DNA of 42,922 nucleotides from a virus (IMGVR_UViG_3300031910_000018:1-42922), one strand, 5' to 3'. Counted from the first letter of the stretch, positions 26,720 through 34,171 are shown. A program made the numbers and translations. Notes: generated from the letters alone by a model not told the origin.

Positions 26720-27550
26720 TCACGCCTTCGACTTCTCCAGTACGTAGCTGTTGTCGTCCCACCACCGATCAGGAATGGTCTGTGGTACGTCAGGGCGACT
26801 GTCGTCTGGACTGCCCTCTTCGCGCCAGTCGATCCAGTCACGCTCGCCCGCAGTCATGCCCTTGTGCTGCGCGATCCTGTCGGCCTCCGCACCCTGATCC
26901 CACGCCCAGTCCGGGATCTTATCCGGCGCTGCAGATGGACGTTTCGCCTTGTCACGATCCGTGGTGTAGTACCACATCGCCCAGTCCCAGAACCATGCCG
27001 GTAGCTCAGTCACGCCTGAATCGCCTCCTCCGCCTGCATAGTCTTTCGCCATGTCCAGCACGAAGTCCATGGGGAACCCGCTACCACAGTCGGAGTGATT
27101 CCCTCCCCAGCTGCCTAGATCCTTGTGCTGACACACGCCCCTACCACTACCCTGCGCCGCACCAGGCGAGAGCTTCGTGATCGGAACGCCAAACTTGCCC
27201 GACTCCTCGGCAATCCACTTCGCACAGTTCCGCAGCATCTCGGCGTGGTTGTTCTTCCAGGTGGACGTTGTCCAACTGGCGAAACCGCACAGCTCGATCT
27301 GCACCGCGACGGGATTGGCGTCGGCAGCAGTCCATGCCTTGTTGCCACGCTTCACGTACTCGCCCACCGTGTTGGCCTTGTCGTCCGCGCCAACGTGGCT
27401 GCTGACTTGACTGCTGGGGTTGGCGAAGAAGTTGCCGAGCGACTCGATGCTCGTCGCGCCCTCAGCCGTATGTACGACTATCAGCCGCACCGCCGCTCCT
27501 CCTCGGGAGCTATAGTTAGGACTTGGGATCTGTCTGCGTGTCAGACTCAT
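26720..27550 (-). CDS. Endolysin, N-acetylmuramoyl-L-alanine amidase (Amidase_2) with Trp-rich C-terminal repeats
   Basis: 'SPNYSSR…IVVHTAEG…SSHV…AWTA…IELCG…H.D….NHSDCGSGFP'. AAGGAG precedes ATG 27550. Confidence 0.9.
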   Translation of the reverse strand: MSLTRRQIPSPNYSSRGGAAVRLIVVHTAEGATSIESLGNFFANPSSQVSSHVGADDKANTVGEYVKRGNKAWTAADANPVAVQIELCGFASWTTSTWKNNHAEMLRNCAKWIAEESGKFGVPITKLSPGAAQGSGRGVCQHKDLGSWGGNHSDCGSGFPMDFVLDMAKDYAGGGGDSGVTELPAWFWDWAMWYYTTDRDKAKRPSAAPDKIPDWAWDQGAEADRIAQHKGMTAGERDWIDWREEGSPDDSRPDVPQTIPDRWWDDNSYVLEKSKA

Positions 27551-27704
27551 TGAACTCCTTCCACCCTGGCCACTCGTCCTGATCGTCGACCATCCTCGCC
27601 CAGGGGTGAGTTGGCTCAGGGCTCGGGGTCTCTCGTGAGGGCATGGGCCACATCCGCTCCCACTCTGCCTCGGTCCACGCCTGTTCATCTCGCTGTTCGC
27701 GCAT
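27516..27704 (-). CDS. Hypothetical Trp/Pro-rich protein
   Basis: AGGAG precedes ATG 27704. Confidence 0.45.
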   Translation of the reverse strand: MREQRDEQAWTEAEWERMWPMPSRETPSPEPTHPWARMVDDQDEWPGWKEFNESDTQTDPKS

Positions 27705-27711
27705 CGCTCCT

Positions 27712-27924
27712 CTACTTCCAGTTGTCGAAGGTGGACCCAGAGCATCCCAGGGCGGCAACGCGCTTCTTGATGTGAGCTCGCGCTGTCGCGGTGTTAGTCG
27801 CCCTACCAATGGCATGGATGGCGTTCTCCGCGTCACCACAGTTGGCGATGGGAAAACTGCCGTCAGGGAGAGCCTGTCCCTTAGAAGCCATTGCTTTCCG
27901 TTGCTGAGCATTGTAGTCCGTCAT
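27712..27924 (-). CDS. Small conserved phage protein (DUF6582-like 'ALPDGSFPI' domain)
   Basis: 'R…GQALPDGSFPI…NAIHAIGR…HIKKR..ALG'. Confidence 0.7.
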   Translation of the reverse strand: MTDYNAQQRKAMASKGQALPDGSFPIANCGDAENAIHAIGRATNTATARAHIKKRVAALGCSGSTFDNWK

Positions 27925-27933
27925 ACCTCCTCC

Positions 27934-29418
27934 TCACCCGACTGTAGACGTGAGAGCGCCTGGTCTGTAGCCACGAGCAAGCGACCGCTCGATGGCAGCT
28001 TCGAGCTCCTCATCGAAGTGGGCATCAAGTTCTCTGGCCTCCATATCAGCAACGGTGCGAGGCCGATTGACCACCTCAGGATCAGGAAGCTCATCCATTG
28101 CGACGAGGATATGTCCGAGGCAGTCGATGTTGTGGTCGTCTTTCTTTCGTGGCTTCTCGGCTGAGTCTTCTTCGGTGAAGTTCGTCCGCTGCGGCTTCCA
28201 TCTGTACTGCGGAAGGTAGTCTCGCAGCTTCGGCACCGTCTCCGATTTGAAGATAAAGAGGCGAGGAGATCCTGCAGGGTCATCCTCCACAATCCGGAGT
28301 GGATGTAGGTGTCCAGCGCTAGGTCGAAGGTACTCGGTGATCCGAGAAATCCGAGCGGCGGGGTCGCGATCAGAGAACTCAGGGTAAAGTCCACATTCTC
28401 CCAGTAGGTCGTAGACGGACTTTCCGTCGTTAGCGGATCGTATTCGCGCTTCAGGCCCAACAAGCCGCCGGAAGATTTCTTCGTCAGGACCTCCCCAGTC
28501 ATCCTCAGCCTCCGCTGCAAAGGTTTGCGTTGCCCACCACTCTATCGTCTGGTTCGGTTCCAGGATCTCCCTGTAGACGAAGCAGTTGCCGTCGAAATCA
28601 CGGGCCAACCAGAACGAGCACGCCTCGTGCCGAATACCCGGGTCGAAGCACCACCACCGCTCCCAACTGCTGGGAATCCGGAACGGGTCGATCTCATGCA
28701 CGGTGGGGTCGTAGTCGACAAAGATCTGACCCGTGAAGACGTCATGGCTGCCGAGGACGAAGCGGTCGTACCAATGCTGAGGTAGACCCTCAAACTGGTC
28801 CGTGTAGTCCTCCGGAAGATTCGGATTGTCGAATGGCGTGGCTTCGACACACTTGTACCTGTTCTTCCACGGCTGCGGCCGCATCGGATCAATGAACCTG
28901 CGCCACAGCCAGTTGTGTCCGTTCGGGTTGAAAAGCAGTAACCCCTCCCGAGGGGAGTGGTTCTGACGAAGGCGTCCGTGGATTTTCAGCAAGACGTCTT
29001 CCTCAACCTCCTCCGCCTGATCGAGGAGGAACAGCCCCAAGTTGTAGTTCTCGAGCTTGGCAGGATCGTCGAGCGGGAGGCCATGAATCTTCGATCCGTT
29101 GATAAGCTCGATGTAGAGATCCGACACGCGGTACGTGCGGATCGTGTTCTTGGGTATGCCGGTCCACCCTGTATCCTGTGTATCACCATTCACTAGCATG
29201 TCCCACGTCGTCGCCTTCAGCTCGGGACGAGTCTTACGAGACACTATCGCGTTGGTGCCCGGATACTCGATCAGACGGAGGAAGAACTCGACGCAGCCAC
29301 TCGTCGTCTTGCCGTTACCCCACCCGCCACAGAATCCGCGGTACTTCGCCTTGAGCCCATGGAATTCCTGCTGCTTCGGGTTGGGTTGGTACGGCAGGTT
29401 GACGGTGGCGGACGTCAT
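27934..29418 (-). CDS. terL: Terminase large subunit
   Basis: 'PNPKQQEFH', Walker A 'GGWGNGKT', Walker B variant 'LLDQAEE', 'FNP', nuclease 'FDPG' and 'DDHNIDCLGH'. Confidence 0.92.
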   Translation of the reverse strand: MTSATVNLPYQPNPKQQEFHGLKAKYRGFCGGWGNGKTTSGCVEFFLRLIEYPGTNAIVSRKTRPELKATTWDMLVNGDTQDTGWTGIPKNTIRTYRVSDLYIELINGSKIHGLPLDDPAKLENYNLGLFLLDQAEEVEEDVLLKIHGRLRQNHSPREGLLLFNPNGHNWLWRRFIDPMRPQPWKNRYKCVEATPFDNPNLPEDYTDQFEGLPQHWYDRFVLGSHDVFTGQIFVDYDPTVHEIDPFRIPSSWERWWCFDPGIRHEACSFWLARDFDGNCFVYREILEPNQTIEWWATQTFAAEAEDDWGGPDEEIFRRLVGPEARIRSANDGKSVYDLLGECGLYPEFSDRDPAARISRITEYLRPSAGHLHPLRIVEDDPAGSPRLFIFKSETVPKLRDYLPQYRWKPQRTNFTEEDSAEKPRKKDDHNIDCLGHILVAMDELPDPEVVNRPRTVADMEARELDAHFDEELEAAIERSLARGYRPGALTSTVG

Positions 29419-29423
29419 TTACA

Positions 29424-29867
29424 TTAGAAGTTGGCGGTGCGCCAGTTGAGTCGGGTGAGAGTCTGGGTCGCTGCGTTGTTGTTCTTGCAGGACAGGCGGA
29501 CCTTGTCGATGCCCTGGACGTTGTACTCCACGACCTGGTAGCAGTGACCGCCGGCGAGCACGACCGTCGCCGCAGCAGCGGTAGTGCCCACGTTGAGCAC
29601 CGGCTGAAGTGGGGCGCCCATGAGCGTCACGCTGTCACCCTCGTATGGCGTCACCGTGATGCCGAGATCACCGATCGCGGTACCTGTCATGTCCGCCTCG
29701 ACGGTCACGAAGTCAGTGCCACCACAGGGTATGTCCATGGTCACGGTTTGCCCCGTGGTAAGCGACTGGCCTTGAATCATGCCGCGCTCGAGCGTGACGC
29801 CCGCGAGTGCATTGTACTGGTCGATGGTTGCGAGTGCTCCCCGGACGAGCCAGGCTATAAGTGCCAT
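29424..29867 (-). CDS. Putative virion beta-sandwich protein
   Basis: Thr/Val/Gly-rich ORF coupled to terL. Confidence 0.55.
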   Translation of the reverse strand: MALIAWLVRGALATIDQYNALAGVTLERGMIQGQSLTTGQTVTMDIPCGGTDFVTVEADMTGTAIGDLGITVTPYEGDSVTLMGAPLQPVLNVGTTAAAATVVLAGGHCYQVVEYNVQGIDKVRLSCKNNNAATQTLTRLNWRTANF

Positions 29868-29875
29868 TAGCCAGA

Positions 29876-30079
29876 TCACAGGAAGTCCTCCGGACGCGGC
29901 TGCGCTGCGGTCGAGCTGTCAGCGGTCGGCTTCAAATCGCCTCCGCCACCAGGAACGCCACCCGGCTCAGGCGGTGTCTCAGTCGCGTCACTCACCATGC
30001 CGGTGGGAACATCAGGTCCACCACCCGGCACTCCACCGGGATCCGCGCCGCCTTCGGTGCCATCGTCTACGTCACCCAT
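29876..30079 (-). CDS. Small Gly/Pro/acidic low-complexity protein
   Basis: MGDVDDGTEGG…; PGGVPGGG occurs twice. Confidence 0.5.
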   Translation of the reverse strand: MGDVDDGTEGGADPGGVPGGGPDVPTGMVSDATETPPEPGGVPGGGGDLKPTADSSTAAQPRPEDFL

Positions 30080-30221
30080 GCGGTTTCCATCCTTTCCCCG
30101 TTGGTGGTCTCTTCGGATTGCGCCAATTCTGCGTCGCCTTGCCCACAGAGGCTTGGTGTGATGCAGGACCGACACCGGTGGATTTCGGTGTCCGGAACAC
30201 GCTACGAGGCTTCTTAGCCAT
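30072..30221 (-). CDS. Small basic protein (49 aa, not in the ORF track), probably first gene of the late operon
   Basis: GAGGTGA Shine-Dalgarno; MAKKPRSVFRTPKSTG…GKGWKPHG. Confidence 0.6.
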   Translation of the reverse strand: MAKKPRSVFRTPKSTGVGPASHQASVGKATQNWRNPKRPPTGKGWKPHG

Positions 30222-30522
30222 ACGTCACCTCGTGCGTGGCTCTGATTTGGCAAACTGCGATCCGTCCTTCTCGCTTCGCTCGCTCACGACAAAATTGTCG
30301 TTCGATTCCTCCTTCGACACGTCGCAGGGGGGATGAAAATTTGACGCGGATTCGGATCGCATTGCGATGTGAACCGTCGTCACGACGCACGCGGCATTGC
30401 ATCGGATTCCGATGTGAATCCTTTACACAATGCATACAGATCCCGTACACGATCATCACAAGTACCCCGTATCATGAACGTTGTGAACATCGAACACGAC
30501 ACGACGAAAGGAGGTGAAGAAC

Positions 30523-30708
30523 ATGGCAGCGAAGACATTCACTCCTGCGGAACTCGCGAAGGATCTCGGCGTGTCGCCGAAGGTACTGCGCGCGTATCTG
30601 CGCAAGGAGCACACTCGCGCACCGGAAGCGAAGAACACGTCGTGGGTCATCCCCGCGGCAGTCGCGACGAAGGCGCGCAAGGCGTTCGCGAAGAATCGCG
30701 CGAAGTAG
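30523..30708 (+). CDS. Small HTH DNA-binding protein, copy 1
   Basis: MAAKTFTPAELAKDLGVSPKVLRAYLRK…; GAAAGGAGGTGA Shine-Dalgarno. Confidence 0.85.
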   Translation: MAAKTFTPAELAKDLGVSPKVLRAYLRKEHTRAPEAKNTSWVIPAAVATKARKAFAKNRAK

Positions 30709-30721
30709 CGCGAACTCGCGA

Positions 30722-30753
30722 GGGGGCGGGTCACAACGATCCGCCCCCGCTTC
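30722..30753 (+). terminator. Hairpin after HTH copy 1
   Basis: GGGGGCGGGTC…GATCCGCCCCC. Confidence 0.6.
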
Positions 30754-30774
30754 ATACTCACGAAAGGAACCACG

Positions 30775-30843
30775 ATGCTCGTTCTCGTTCTGCTCGCGCT
30801 CGCCGCGGGATACATCATCGGTCTCAACTCATCGCACCGCTGA
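30775..30843 (+). CDS. 22-aa hydrophobic peptide
   Basis: GAAAGGA Shine-Dalgarno; MLVLVLLALAAGYIIGLNSSHR. Confidence 0.55.
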   Translation: MLVLVLLALAAGYIIGLNSSHR

Positions 30844-30854
30844 AAGGACACGAC

Positions 30855-31082
30855 ATGCCACGCAAGTTGATTCGCCCGATCCCCGGATTCGATGTCGTCT
30901 GCACCATCGGGCACGTCGAGTTCGGTGACGGACCGCACACGCCGACCGAAGCAGCGATGCTGCTGATCGCGCAGCACGACGCCGAGGGATCGTACTCGTT
31001 CCCTCACCCAAACGGCGGAACGTACCGCATCACCGTCGAGCACCTCACCGACGACGCCTACGACGGCATCATCCACGAATAA
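30855..31082 (+). CDS. Hypothetical protein
   Basis: GAAAGGA Shine-Dalgarno; MPRKLIRPIPGF…. Confidence 0.7.
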   Translation: MPRKLIRPIPGFDVVCTIGHVEFGDGPHTPTEAAMLLIAQHDAEGSYSFPHPNGGTYRITVEHLTDDAYDGIIHE

Positions 31083-31087
31083 CCGTC

Positions 31088-31120
31088 TCCGACTGACCCG
31101 CTCCGCGCGGGTCTTTCGGA
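31088..31120 (+). terminator. Terminator-like hairpin
   Basis: GACCCGC…GCGGGTC followed by TTT, with an outer TCCGA/TCGGA pair. Confidence 0.6.
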
Positions 31121-31125
31121 GTGGT

Positions 31126-31179
31126 GGCTTCGCGGCCATAAAGCCGCGCGCGGCGTGGCCTACTATCTGAGTTCCCACA
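31126..31179. repeat. 54-bp degenerate direct repeat, copy 1 (core CTATCTGAGTTCCCACA at 31163-31179)
   Basis: Aligns without gaps to 31561-31614 (about 40/54 identical, last 17 exact). Confidence 0.9.
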
Positions 31180-31214
31180 GCCTCCGAAGCTAGTTCCACA
31201 GGCCATTTAGCCTT

Positions 31215-31275
31215 TGTAAAATCTATGTAAACCACCGTTGGACCCCAGTCCTGTGGTGTCCACGTGTGATATAGT
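31215..31275 (+). promoter_or_regulatory. Promoter of HTH copy 2 with upstream TGTAAAATCtATGTAAA box
   Basis: TGaTATAGT extended -10 at 31267-31275; same box recurs at 32229-32245. Confidence 0.6.
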
Positions 31276-31322
31276 CGTTCTGTGAACGACATCAACCAAC
31301 CACACGAAAGGAGGTGAAGGAA

Positions 31323-31514
31323 ATGGCAGCAAAGACGTACACCGCTACGGAGCTCGCCAAGGAGCTGGGCGTTTCGCCCAAGGTTCTTCGCGCGTACCTC
31401 CGCAAGGAGTTCGCCCGCTCGGCTGACGCCAAGAACACCACTTGGGTCATCACCACCGCCGTCGCCAAGAAGGCACGCGCCGCGTTCGCCAAGAATCGCG
31501 CTGGCTCCAAGTAG
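31323..31514 (+). CDS. Small HTH DNA-binding protein, copy 2
   Basis: MAAKTYTATELAKELGVSPKVLRAYLRK…; close paralog of 30523-30708. Confidence 0.85.
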   Translation: MAAKTYTATELAKELGVSPKVLRAYLRKEFARSADAKNTTWVITTAVAKKARAAFAKNRAGSK

Positions 31515-31518
31515 CACT

Positions 31519-31560
31519 GAGAGGGCGAGGCGCAATCGCGTCTCGCCCATTCTCTCTCTC
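31519..31560 (+). terminator. Terminator-like hairpin after HTH copy 2
   Basis: GGGCGAGGCG caat CGCGTCTCGCCC followed by a TC-rich tail. Confidence 0.6.
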
Positions 31561-31614
31561 AGCTTCCGGGCCTTATAGCTTCGGCCACCGAGGCCGTCTA
31601 TCTGAGTTCCCACA
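31561..31614. repeat. 54-bp degenerate direct repeat, copy 2, abutting the terS stop codon
   Basis: See copy 1. Confidence 0.9.
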
Positions 31615-31615
31615 A

Positions 31616-32140
31616 TCATTCAGGTCGCGCTACGTTGGCGAGGTTGACTGTGACGTTGACTGGACCGGTTTCTTGGTCTTTCGAGTGCCGACCTGTGAGC
31701 TCGAGCGCCAAACGCGCGGCATCGACTCGACCTCGTTTTGCGCGCTTTGCCAATCCTGTCAGGATTTGTGGACTGCTCATGTCCAGGTCTACGACCGCGT
31801 ATTGGTAAACGAGATCTCGAAACTCCTGCGAATACTCCCACCGTCGCAGTTTGTGGTTGCAGGACGTAAGCTTCTGCTCAACCGTCCGAGCTTTGCCGTC
31901 AACTGGATACAGGTGGTCCATCAGCGCTCGAGCGATCTGGCTACGCTTGAAACCGCGGCCATATAGCCGAGCTGCTGTCTCACGGACCTCATTCCACTCC
32001 ATCTGGACCGTGAACGGCTGATTCGGGTCCGATTTCTCCTGGAGACGGTCTGGGTAGGACTTTCGGAGCTCTGCTGGGCCCAAAATTGGCGCACGGACCG
32101 CTAACTTTTTGCCGGTTCGGCGTGATCGTCTTATTCCCAT
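31616..32140 (-). CDS. terS: Putative terminase small subunit (HTH plus oligomerisation helices)
   Basis: 'AARLYGRGFKRSQIARAL…LRRW…EF…LAKRAKRGRVDAARLALELTG'. Same strand as, and upstream of, terL. TACAAT lies 7 nt before the ATG. Confidence 0.65.
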   Translation of the reverse strand: MGIRRSRRTGKKLAVRAPILGPAELRKSYPDRLQEKSDPNQPFTVQMEWNEVRETAARLYGRGFKRSQIARALMDHLYPVDGKARTVEQKLTSCNHKLRRWEYSQEFRDLVYQYAVVDLDMSSPQILTGLAKRAKRGRVDAARLALELTGRHSKDQETGPVNVTVNLANVARPE

Positions 32141-32228
32141 AGGGAACATTGTAAAGCAATTCCCGGACCCATCCAGCGCTGGTTGCCTACCATTCGGAAC
32201 CCGTGGCAGGTCAGTTGCTGGGGTACCA

Positions 32229-32298
32229 TGTAAAATCAATGTAAATAGTTCATGACCGTAAGCCATTCAGTGCATACGGAACTTGGATCGTGTATAAT
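32229..32298 (+). promoter_or_regulatory. Early promoter (TATAAT 32293-32298) with upstream TGTAAAATCaATGTAAA box
   Basis: Consensus -10, A/C-rich leader, ACGAAAGGA Shine-Dalgarno. Confidence 0.65.
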
Positions 32299-32344
32299 CA
32301 TCACGATGACCACGAAAACTCCACACCAAACGAAAGGAACTCTC

Positions 32345-32515
32345 ATGCGTTACACCGCAATCGCCACACGGATCTCTGACGGGGCGAGGATCATCGTCCC
32401 GTTCAGGCGCAATCTACGCAACCAGCCGTCGAACTGCAAGACGTTCACGGCGGAAGCAAACGAAAGGGCGGAAAGGGCTGCGAAAGCGGCCCTCCGTCAG
32501 AGAAAGGGGAAGTAA
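32345..32515 (+). CDS. Small early hypothetical protein
   Basis: Shine-Dalgarno plus ATG 32345. Confidence 0.6.
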   Translation: MRYTAIATRISDGARIIVPFRRNLRNQPSNCKTFTAEANERAERAAKAALRQRKGK

Positions 32516-32709
32516 TGGTAGTCGCAATTGCTATACGCAACGGCCACTTCGAGGATGTCATCGGACCATTCGACTCCGAAGAGGAAGCACTGGAGGCAAC
32601 GGAACGGTATGAGTCACGCTGTCGACTCGAAGTCGCTCTGACGCTTCGTTGGACGATCACACCACTAAGGAAAGGAGACAGCAATGCCAAGCTGGCACGC
32701 ACCGCTTGA
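32515..32709 (+). CDS. Small early hypothetical protein
   Basis: TAATG coupling; 'VIGPFDSEEEA' motif common in phage early proteins. Confidence 0.65.
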   Translation: MVVAIAIRNGHFEDVIGPFDSEEEALEATERYESRCRLEVALTLRWTITPLRKGDSNAKLARTA

Positions 32710-32887
32710 CCCCGAATGCCCCGAGGTCGAGCACGCATTCCAGATCGAGGTCGAATCGGGGGTCTGGATCGACGATCCCATGGGTGCACCCGTGATGGAT
32801 GAGTTGTGGGAGGACTTCGAAAGGCGGCATCGCAAGGTCTGCACGCGCTGCCGTGAACACGGTATGGCAAACATCGAGGTGGTTTGA
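32684..32887 (+). CDS. Small early hypothetical protein (possibly Zn-binding)
   Basis: AAAGGAG Shine-Dalgarno; C…H…CxxC. Confidence 0.65.
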   Translation: MPSWHAPLDPECPEVEHAFQIEVESGVWIDDPMGAPVMDELWEDFERRHRKVCTRCREHGMANIEVV

Positions 32888-33201
32888 TGCTGAACCAGGC
32901 ATTCCGATACGCCGTCGAAGGTCAGGATGAGTTCATTCGCCTGATGATGGCACAGCACAAGCACACGCGGGACATGATTAGCGATTGGCTTGAACGCAAG
33001 CCGTGGGAGTACGGATCACTCGACTCCGTCGACTACATGGACGCAGCACTCGCGCTATCCGACGAGTTCATCGACAGGATGCAGGATGAGCGATTCCTCG
33101 AGGGACTCGATCACGACTACCTCATGGCAAACTTCGCGTGCGACGGGGTCTGCAATGAGCTATGGGAGAAATACCCAGATCCGGAGGACAACGATGAGTA
33201 G
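32887..33201 (+). CDS. Early hypothetical acidic protein
   Basis: TGATG coupling. Confidence 0.65.
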   Translation: MLNQAFRYAVEGQDEFIRLMMAQHKHTRDMISDWLERKPWEYGSLDSVDYMDAALALSDEFIDRMQDERFLEGLDHDYLMANFACDGVCNELWEKYPDPEDNDE

Positions 33202-33376
33202 CACCATGACCGCATCAGAGATCGAGAAGGCACACGAGATCTACAAGTCCGAGACGTTCCACGACGATCCTGTCGACCTGTACCATCGACTCGTCAGCAC
33301 GCACGGGGCAGGAAGCGCATCGAGGATTTGGCACCTGGCATGCAAACTCTACGACAGAGAGATCGAAAGGAGGTGA
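33194..33376 (+). CDS. Early hypothetical protein
   Basis: GGAGG precedes ATG 33194. Confidence 0.6.
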   Translation: MSSTMTASEIEKAHEIYKSETFHDDPVDLYHRLVSTHGAGSASRIWHLACKLYDREIERR

Positions 33377-33381
33377 TTAGG

Positions 33382-33573
33382 ATGAGGCGATACTGGGGCA
33401 CGGCAGAGATCGCTGAGGCGTGTGGCGTGACACCACAGGCTGTGACGAATTGGCTGACGCGGGATCAAATCCCACCGCCGGCATTTCGCCTCAGAATGGG
33501 ACCCGTTTGGGACGCATCTCGTCCCGCATTCCGCAAGTTCATCACGACCAAGAAAAGGGAGGTGACGTGCTAG
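33382..33573 (+). CDS. AlpA/excisionase-like HTH protein
   Basis: 'WGTAEIAEACGVTPQAVTNW…PPP…L.MGPVW'. Confidence 0.75.
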   Translation: MRRYWGTAEIAEACGVTPQAVTNWLTRDQIPPPAFRLRMGPVWDASRPAFRKFITTKKREVTC

Positions 33574-33663
33574 ATCCAGACTGGACACCCGAAGCAAGCT
33601 ACTCACATGCAGACAGACTGCTTGCCATCATCAAAGCCCAAGAGACGAAGGAGGTTGACGACA

Positions 33664-33906
33664 GTGGCGACGATCACCCAGAGGCACATAGTGGACGAGA
33701 TCATCGAAGCCAACGGTGAGTACGGCAGCGACGAGGAGGGTTGGGATATACCGGTCATCAAGATCGTGGAGTACAACAACCAGTTCAATGGAGGCATCGC
33801 ATGGGGACTCATCTACGAAGGTGAGGATCCCATGCGGTACGAGCGCGGCGGTGCAATCCTGAACCCGCGTGTCATCTTCGAGCGAAAGGTCGGCAATGCC
33901 AGCTAG
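33664..33906 (+). CDS. Early hypothetical protein
   Basis: AAGGAGG precedes the GTG; 'VIKIVEYNNQFNGGIAWGLIY'. Confidence 0.65.
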   Translation: MATITQRHIVDEIIEANGEYGSDEEGWDIPVIKIVEYNNQFNGGIAWGLIYEGEDPMRYERGGAILNPRVIFERKVGNAS

Positions 33907-34171
33907 GAAGAAAACGGTAGGAAAGCCCATCGAGAAGCCCGTCGTTGCGGAGGACCTGCATGCCAGGCGCACGTTGCGGACCACGATGAACATGCTCATC
34001 GGTGCGAGGATCCCGTTCAAGGTACACTACCCGACCAAGGGTTCCATGGTCATCACACTCGAGGGTGGGCTGACACACGATCAGCTCCGAGTTGCCGTCG
34101 ACCATGGTGCGAGCATCGGACCGAACGCCCAGGTCATGATCCTCGTCCCGAAGCTGAGCAACGATGCCTAG
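33896..34171 (+). CDS. Early hypothetical protein
   Basis: Coupled ORF MPARKK…. Confidence 0.6.
   Translation: MPARKKTVGKPIEKPVVAEDLHARRTLRTTMNMLIGARIPFKVHYPTKGSMVITLEGGLTHDQLRVAVDHGASIGPNAQVMILVPKLSNDA

Noticed and set aside
31126-31614. The 17-bp repeats as a mini-CRISPR, att sites or IS target duplication
   Set aside because: There are only two copies, 435 bp apart, enclosing a gene, and no integrase or transposase is in the window.
33382-33573. Excisionase implying a temperate lifestyle
   Set aside because: AlpA-like HTHs are common in lytic phages. There is no integrase or repressor switch in this window, though the rest of the genome is unseen.
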